Source: Rhynchobatus australiae (lineage: Eukaryota). From it: a DNA stretch of 64,000 bases. The stretch covers positions 10,178,619 through 10,242,618 of the forward strand of contig JAUZTB010000069.1 of assembly GCA_034780895.1 (NCBI GenBank), in the 5' to 3' direction. The notes beneath the pieces were generated by a model. The model saw only the letters and a list, made by a program, of their open reading frames with translations, was not told where the DNA came from and made no database searches. How positions within the stretch are numbered: position 1 is the first letter of the stretch; each line of letters starts with the position of its first letter. Positions 47,801 through 56,800 of this stretch are shown here, in pieces. Both the position numbers and the translations under genes were made by a program.

Positions 47801-50800
47801 ATTAGTCCTGGAACCTCTGTTATATAAATAATTTGGATGAAAATGCAGGTGGACTGATTAGCAATTTTGAAGATGACACAAAAATTGGTGGATTTGTGGT
47901 GAGTGAGGAAGGTTGTCAAAGGATTCAGCAGGATGTAGACCAGCTGGAAATGTGGGCAGAAAAATGGTAGATGGAGTTTAATCCTAACAAGCATGAGGTG
48001 TTGCACTTTGGGAGGTCAGATATAATAGGAAAGTGTACACTAAGAGGCAGGACTTCTGGGAGCATTGATGTACAGAGGGATCTTGGGGTGCGACAGCTCC
48101 CTGAAAATGGCAACATAAGTAGACAAGGTGATAAAGAAGTCATACGGCCTACTTGCCTTTGTTGGTTGGAGTGTTGAGTATAAGAGTCAGGAGGTTATGT
48201 CCCTGTTGTATAAAACTTTGATTAGGCCACATTTGGGGTACTGTGTGCACTTCGGGTTGGCACATTACAGTAAAGATGTGGAGGCTTTGGAGAGCATGTA
48301 GAAGAGGACCTTCAGGATGTTGCAGGATTAAAGAGTATTAACTATAAGGAGAGGCTAGACAAATTTGGACTGTTTTCTCTGGAGTGTCGAAGGCTGAGGG
48401 GCAACCTCAGATAGATGGTCAGAGTCTTTTACCCAGGGTGGAAATGTCAGTTGCTGGATGGCATACCTTTTAAGGTAAGAGGAGGAAAGTTTAAAGAAGA
48501 TTTATGAGGCAATTCTTTTATAAAATTGAGAGTAGGTGCTTGGAACGTGCTGCCAGGGGAAGTGGTGGAAACAGATACAATAACAATATCTAAGAGGCAT
48601 TTAGACAGGCACGTGAACAGGCAGGGAATGAAAGGACACAGACCACGTACAGGCAGATGGGAATAGTTTGAATTGGCATCATAGTTAGCACAGACATTGT
48701 GGGTTGAAGGGCCTGTTCCTCTGCTGTTCTGCTCTATGTTATAAAATAAGCTAGAAGATTCTGTTTATAGCCCAGACATTATGAAATGAATTGCCGTAAA
48801 GACTGTTATACAATCTGAGTATTTTTGGAAATGATTGGGGGGTGGCGGGTAGTTGGTGTGACTTGTACACTAATATGTTTTCTAATAAAAAATAGGCATA
48901 ATAGAATTCAATTTCCTTTTCACTGTATACGTTTGTTGAATTTTGCTAAATTTTACATGAAGCAACCAAATTGTAAAATATAACACAGCACATTTTTAAT
49001 GGAATATATGGAGTTCCAATCTTGAATTGATTTTAATTTCATTATTGACCTGAAACTTGTAAGGAAAAAGCTAAATGTACCTTAAACCCAAGAAATGTTT
49101 GCTGAAAACTGAAAGCTCCAAAAGAGGAGCTGCTTTATATACCAGTGCAACTTGTGCACAGGGGATACCATACTGCGTTTGTTGAATTGAATAGTTCCAT
49201 GTAGAAGCAGCCCTTCCATTATTACATATGGATTAAATTAGCCACATGATACTGTTCATAAATAAATATGTTTCTTCCAAGTTTCTACCTTTTGGAAGTC
49301 ATTTATTCTAAGGAAGGAGTCTTGAGCATTACTAGATGAAGCAGCACTTGAATAAATTTAATTTTATATGTTAAGCACACTGATGATACACAGTTTGCTT
49401 TTGTAATGAACTATATGGGCTAATTGGAACTTACATTAATAGGTTCTTTTATATCCTNNNNNNTCCATCACTTGTTCAGCAGGTTTCTTTGGTATTGTGA
49501 AAAAGCAATGTGATCTTTGTCTGTTACGGCTCTGGCGTTCAGAACACTGGAATTTTAATAAAGAGTGCTCTAGAGATAATATTTAGTCCTATAAATGTGG
49601 ATTTTGAAAGAATGCAGTCTGATAATACATTTACATTTACTTTAACAAGGGCATGTGGGAAATGACTATTTTCAGCTCTGTTATAGTATGTAGTCCTAAG
49701 AGTAAGTGTTCCATTAGTAAGGTGCTCTCATTTGTAACTAACGAGCCTGAGCATTATGCTGATTGTTTTACTGCTGCCTTGACTCTTTAATCCTTTGCTT
49801 TTTCCTATTCATCAAACTTTAGTTGGATTTTCTTCGCTTTGCATTATATAATATAAACGATTTACATATTAGACTGATTCATTATGATGAATTTATATTT
49901 TATTTGCATCTGAATCTTCAGTGGCAAAATCTGCAAGCAAAGGACAGATGCGAAAGCAATGAAGACACAAAATATATTACAAAGTGGAGTTTAATAGTAA
50001 AAATGTCCTGAAACTTGAAAAACTTTTGCCTAATTTCACCTGAGAATGTATACATGTTAATCCATTCCACCTGAAAGTTGCTATAGTGGTCTCTTTGTTC
50101 TTGCTTTTTGAAGCTTTTACCAGTGCTAGCTAAATTAAGTACAATTGTTCAATGCATGAGCTTGGCATATGATTAATTATGTGAACTGACAACAACGACT
50201 TGCTTTTATATGGCAACTCTAACACACGAAAAGCCCCAAAGCAGATAACGGGAGTAGCATTCTGTCATTCTGCTCCGTCACTGATTATGTGTGGACTCCA
50301 TGTCTCATATCTGACACCAGCCAGGCATGGCATAAGATTGGCAATCCCGAATTTGAATGAAATTCTGGCCCTGTAGATTACTGTAATTTAATATTTTAAA
50401 ATTATCTCTCAGAGCTTTATTGTGTTTTTAATTAATTTTACTATTTTTAAAATTGTTATTTTTTAAAAACTATTTAAAGCAATCTTAATAGTTCTTAAAT
50501 GTCTTTGAATGTCACCGACATTTCAAGCTGTTGCAAAGCATTGACAGCTTTGATAGCTGGTGTGGCTCTGCTCTTGGCCAATGTCCTCTCAATGGGTGTT
50601 CTGGGATAAAGCCTCACTAATATACCATCTGAGGTCTACTTGCTGCTAGAGCCTTGCTTTCTCTTGCCAATGCCTCCAGAGTACAGGAGGGTTGGTTTGC
50701 TCAGCCCAAGAATGCTCACATTTATAAATTTGGTTTGTTTATTGCCGTTTGATTTTGCATTTGCTGCATAACTGAAGTATTGGAATATATACAGCACAGG

Positions 50801-53800
50801 GACTGCATTAGTTCAAGAAGGCAGTTCATTACCATCTTTGCAGGTGTAACTAGTGATGAACAGTAAATGATGACCTTGTATTTATGTTATGTTATCTCAG
50901 GGCTGGGTGCTAGTGGATTTCCCCAAAACACGGGAACAGGCAATGGCAATACAGGAAATGGGAATTGCACCAGAACATGTTGGTAAGTTGTAAAGGATAG
51001 GAATATGAGCCTAAAGCAAAGTTCTAAGAAGCTGGTCTTGGTTGTAGAGCAGCACAGTATCAGATCATTGCCACCCAGACAAAACTGCACAATTCAACAT
51101 TTTTTCCAAATTATTTATTAGTCTTTAATAGCTTAGATGCAGGCTGTAATGCTCACCTTCCCCCATTCTTCACTGTGAATGTTCCTTCCAAATATCTGTA
51201 GGGTAACAAATTATTATTAAAGTGTAATACAGTATTATGAAATCTCATTACTGTTACCTCTGATTCCTTATCTGTACACTTTTGTGATGGCATCATATCA
51301 TCTTTATTAGTTCCACATGAATTTTAGAATACAAAGTAAATTCAGACCACTGGTTTCTTATCTATCTAGCTTACTGTACAGAACACTGCAAAATAATATT
51401 GGTCCTGCATTTGGCAGAAAATCCTTGCTGCTGTGATGTTCTTTTTGAGTAAAGAAATGTTATTTGTAAATATCTGTCTACGGACACAGTGGTAGAATGG
51501 AATCAGCATATTAGTGGTCATTTGTTTTGATTAAGGAGTCTATTGACAAAAATAATGGTTACTGCTTTCCCCAATCGACAGAAACACAATTACAAAAAAA
51601 AATGCATTGAAATTGAATAAGATGGCTAATGCACAGGAAAGAATGGAATCACTGTTTAGTTTTAAAGTTTGAAATTTGCTTTGGGATAGAAGACCTCCAT
51701 GTCTGCAATCAATTTTTGAGTGTGTAGTTAGCCCAAAAGACCAAGAACACAAGAGCACAAGTAAATAGGAGCAGCAGTTGGCCACATGGTCTCTTGAGCC
51801 TACCCTGCCATTCAATGTGATCGTGGCTGATCTATGCTGGCCTCGACTCCCTTTTTGTGCCAGTTCCCCATAACCCTCAATTCCTCAACATTTCAAATAT
51901 TTATCTATCCCCACAAATATATTTAATTATCTGGCCTCCAGCACCTGGCCCTCTGAGAAAAGATATTTCCAAGCACCTCAGATTTAAATGACCAGCCCTA
52001 TTTGGGAGACCTTCTAAGTAAATCGCTAACTTTTTTGAAATTTACCTTTTCAAAGAAACAGTTAAGTTAGTTTCTTAATATTTTCCTTCCTGAAAATGCT
52101 GTTTGCATGTTTCCCTTGGCAGCAGAATGCTGAGGTTGCAACTACCGCATAATACCTGAAAGTGCACTCTCCACAGCAGCCTCAGCACAGTAGCATGAGC
52201 CCATCATAGAGAGAGGAGACTGGGGTAGGCTGTGGGGGTGGTGAGCAGGGGAAACCTGTGACCACGCCCCAACCCTCGCAATGAAATTGCCTGTGATGAT
52301 CAAGACACTGTGAATGGCCACACACTACAGGTTTACCTGAAGTAATGATATTTGTTTGGAATTTGCAATCTGCAGAGCAGCAAAAATTCTGCAGAGAACA
52401 AAACATTTATGTCCCAAAAATGCACATTAGTTTAATGACTTGCTGTGGAGTTTGCTGTTACTTTGAACAAAGAATTAAAAATGAAGGTCATAGGTCATAA
52501 TGATTTGTAGAACCGATTTCCCTCAGAACAGCAGAAATGAGCACTGCACATTTTGATGACACCATGTGTATCAATGACACCTGAAAAATTACAGATGTAA
52601 TAAGGTGCTGCACCAACGGAAGTGCCTCAAGTGTGTGATAGAACGCTCTCCACTTGTTGGGATGAGTGTAGCTCGAACAGCTCGTAAAAATTCAGTGCCA
52701 TTCAGAACAATGCAGCCCATTTTGTACCAATCCACTGCCCTAAATATTCATTCTCTGCACCACTGGCAAACAGCGACTGCAGTGTGTGCCATCTGCAGAA
52801 TGCACTATGGTTTCTTGCCTAGGCTACTCCAACAGCACCTCTGGCCAAGAAGGACAAAGGCAGGAAATGTTTTGCACACCACTACCTGCAGGTTCCCCTC
52901 CAAGTCACACAGCCTTCAGCTTGGGAAAATATTTCTGGTCCTTCACTGTTGCTGGAACTGCTTTTCCATGGGAGTACCATCACCTTCTCCAGCAATTAGG
53001 GATGAGCAATAAATGCTGGCCTTGCCCAGCAGTACCTGATCCCGAAAAAAAACATTAGTCCAATATTTCCTGACCTTTTGCAACATTGTGTTTGGTCTTC
53101 CTACAGGCAATGGTTTAGTAACTATATACATTTCATTCCCTTCAGCTCAAACTAGTCAATGATAGAAATTATGTGCATTAATTTAGATATCTCTGATGTT
53201 TGAATTAAAATAATTTTTCATCTTTTTTGGGTAGTTTCTGTTGAGTAACTTGTCAGAGATTGGGATGTTTTTTCTTTGTGTTCAACAAGACTATGGTGGA
53301 AGCTGGAATTTTTTGATCTAATGCATGTCAGGCTTCAAAGAATCCCATATTACATTAATGCAATATTGCCATTTCCCACCTTGACTACCCTTATGGCTTG
53401 TTTGATTGTGACCGACTAGTTAGTGCCAGTGCACTGAATTCGAAGCCAGTTTTGTGGAACTTGTGACTGTCGGAAATTGGCTTGAGACTGCTCAAACTGA
53501 TTTCATTTTGGACCCTTAACAGCTGTCAGAGACTTTCATCCCATCTGTCTGGAGCTGAATTTAAAACCGGGCCAGTTTAAAACCAAGAGTATCATGCGGT
53601 CTGCTGGACAATCGCTTTGATTTAACCTCTGAAACTCTTTCTGCAGAATCATTTGTGTTTAGTTAAATGTAAACATCGTGTCCACTTAGTGATTAGGTGA
53701 AATTAAGTTTGGTGCTGTCCCTTGAGGTGATATTTCAAGGAATTCCTATATACAGATAGAGGAATAGGAATGAGGAAAGCTGAAAATCCACAGGGAAGTC

Positions 53801-56800
53801 AATATATGAAAAAATTAATGATCTCTAGGAAGTCTAAGCATGATCAGGGAACAGAGTTATAAATATTGCATCGTAAGCTTGGATTAAATTGATTCCCTCC
53901 ATGAATGCCAGTAATAAAAAATTTCTTACTAAAGAAGGAACAAATCTATTCTTTCTTCTTGGTGCGTTTGCACTTCTATATTCAGTAAAAATGTACAACA
54001 AAAATAACTCGTACTGCAGTGGTGTACAGGTAAATTCTGATGTATTAAAGTCTAAAAGCANNNNNNNNNNNNNNNNNNNNNNNNNNNNNNNNNNNNNNNN
54101 NNNNNNNNNNNNNNNNNNNNNNNNNNNNNNNNNNNNNNNNNNNNNNNNNNNNNNNNNNNNNNNNNNNNNNNNNNNNNNNNNNNNNNNNNNNNNNNNNNNN
54201 NNNNNNNNNNNNNNNNNNNNNNNNNNNNNNNNNNNNNNNNNNNNNNNNNNNNNNNNNNNNNNNNNNNNNNNNNNNNNNNNNNNNNNNNNNNNNNNNNNNN
54301 NNNNNNNNNNNNNNNNNNNNNNNNNNNNCAGTAATTGACTTCAATGCAACACATTTTGGAGGCAGAATAAAATGTGCTGATATGACCATATAGTTAGTTG
54401 TCTGGTGCTGGCTATCAAGAATTAATTTCTTGGCATTTTTTATTCTAATTGTGAGCAAGATGCTGACCTTTTGGCTCTTATTTCTTAACCCAGCAAATTT
54501 AACAATAGCAGTTGCCAGAAGAATAAGAGCTCTTCTTAACAATCTTGCAAAACTGAAATTTAATTATTTGCATATCAAATTTGGATATTAACTTTCCAGT
54601 ATGCTGGTCTGAAGAAATAATATTTGTTGGGAAAGTTATGCAGTAGAAGCCAAGAAATGTAGAGAAAAATAACCAGTTTATTAGGGATTGTTCTTATAAA
54701 TCCCTAACTAGTTAAAGTTTATTTCTTTACAGATAAGTACTTCATGTAATCCTCACAATTCCAAGAATTCAAGGAGTTTAAAAAACATCTTTGAAGACTA
54801 TTATTGAATAAGAAGTTTCAAAGGAACACAAAGCTTTGCCCCACTCCTAATAAACAGAATAATAGATGGTACCATCTTGTATTGATTTTTTCCACTCAGT
54901 GGGTGAATTTAAAAAGAGGGGAATTTTTGTAGAACAGCTATAACACAAAATTTAATTACATGCTTGGTAAGAATACTTTTACAATATCCTGCCTCTATGG
55001 AAAATCATGGGGATGCACACTCCAAAATTATTGATAACTTTTCCCAGTGGAAGAGGCTGCAATTTTGTTATGTATTTATTTTGCTACCCTCGGGTGTCTG
55101 AAAAACCTTTTGGTTTGCCTAAGGGAAATAATATATTTTCAAATTCAGTCATGCTTTCATTACCTTTTCTTTGTGTTTTAAACTATATCCACTGCACTCA
55201 GTAATCCTGCTATAAAAATGGCAAGTAAAATAATGTTACAAAGCAAAATGTAGCATAGACCATCCTCAAAAGCTGAAGTGTTCTAGAAACTTAAAAAGAG
55301 AGGCATCTCCACTTTACAATTCGCCACAACATTCAAGGCAAACATATAATGACCCAAATCAACATTCAACAAGACATCCAACATCCAATCCTAGTTCATT
55401 GCATCCAAACACTAAATTCCCTACTGAATATGGATTAATCCTGCCAACAATTATTGGCATTCAGATGTACTGAAGCATATGGGATGTCATCACGTGAATC
55501 TACAAGTACTTTGCAATCTACAGTTGTAAAGAAGCATACATTTTATGCCCTGCAACCTGGAATATTGTGTGCATTTCGTAATTAAGCTAGAAAAGGTGCT
55601 GAAGGGTGACCTTACAGAGCTCTATAAAATCATGAGAGGCATAGATAAGGTGGATGGTTACAGTCTTTGTTTCAGGGTAGAGGAGTCTAAAACTGGAGGG
55701 CATAAGTTTAAGGTGAGAGAAGAAAGATTTAAAGGGGACCTGAGGGGAAAGTTTTTCACACACTGGATGGTGAGTTGCCAGTGGTAGAGGCAGGTACAAT
55801 TACATTTAAAAGATATTTGGACAGGTTTGTGGACTGGAGGGATATGGGCCAAATGCAAGCAAATGAGATGAGCTAGGGAGGGCACCTTGGTTGAGGCAAA
55901 GCTTGGTGTTCCTTTGAATCCTCTCATTCAATAACAGAGTCTTCAAAGATGTTTATTACACCCATTGAATTCTTGGAACTGTGATAATGTGAAATACTTA
56001 TCTGCATTGAAACTAAGTTGGACGAGTTGAGCTAAGGGGCCTGTTTCTGATTGTGTAACTCGAAAACTCTAAAACATTGCTTGGTGAAGTAATGCAGAAA
56101 TAAAACAAGAGACAAGTTGAAGGCAGTAATTCAATATAAGGTTTCTGTTGGTCTAGTTCTGCTAAAGTTGGTGGCATTTTTCAAAGTTAATGAAAAGATA
56201 ACTTTACTCAAGTGAAATGTAACTAATTGATTTGCTATGTTGTTTTGCTAAATTAGATAGGAGTTAGCAATATTAATTACCATAAAACCTGCCAGGTTCA
56301 ATTTAATGATAGCATCAACAAAATCTGTTTAATTGGGTTTTTTTTTGGTGCAAATTGTCTTCACTCATGAAGTTTTATTTTTGATCCAATTAATGAGTTG
56401 TGCTTCGTTTGCCCAGAATGTAACACTGATAAATTCTACTGTACNNNNNNNNNNNNNNNNNNNNNNNNNNNNNNNNNNNNNNNNNNNNNNNNNNNNNNNN
56501 NNNNNNNNNNNNNNNNNNNNNNNNNNNNNNNNNNNNNNNNNNNNGAGATGAGTACATTGAGATCTGTTGGCAGAGCTCCTCTAGACAATCTCTGCCAACA
56601 GATCTCAATGTACTCATCTTTCTTTGATTTGTTGTTTTTCCAACTGCACTAAGCAGTAATTCTTCATTTATGGCAATAGTATAAGCATAATGATACCGCA
56701 CTCATTCCTTCTGTCTATATGTAAAGTTGAAGCATAATTACGCAACTATTGTCAGTTTAGGCTTTTCAAATTTAGCTTGCCCTAGATTCACCATATATGT

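Noticed and set aside
54730-56004. Interpretation of the 110-bp inverted pair as TIRs of a DNA transposon
   Set aside because: A single CR1 spans the right arm, with its body inside and its tail outside, which is incompatible with a transposon unit.
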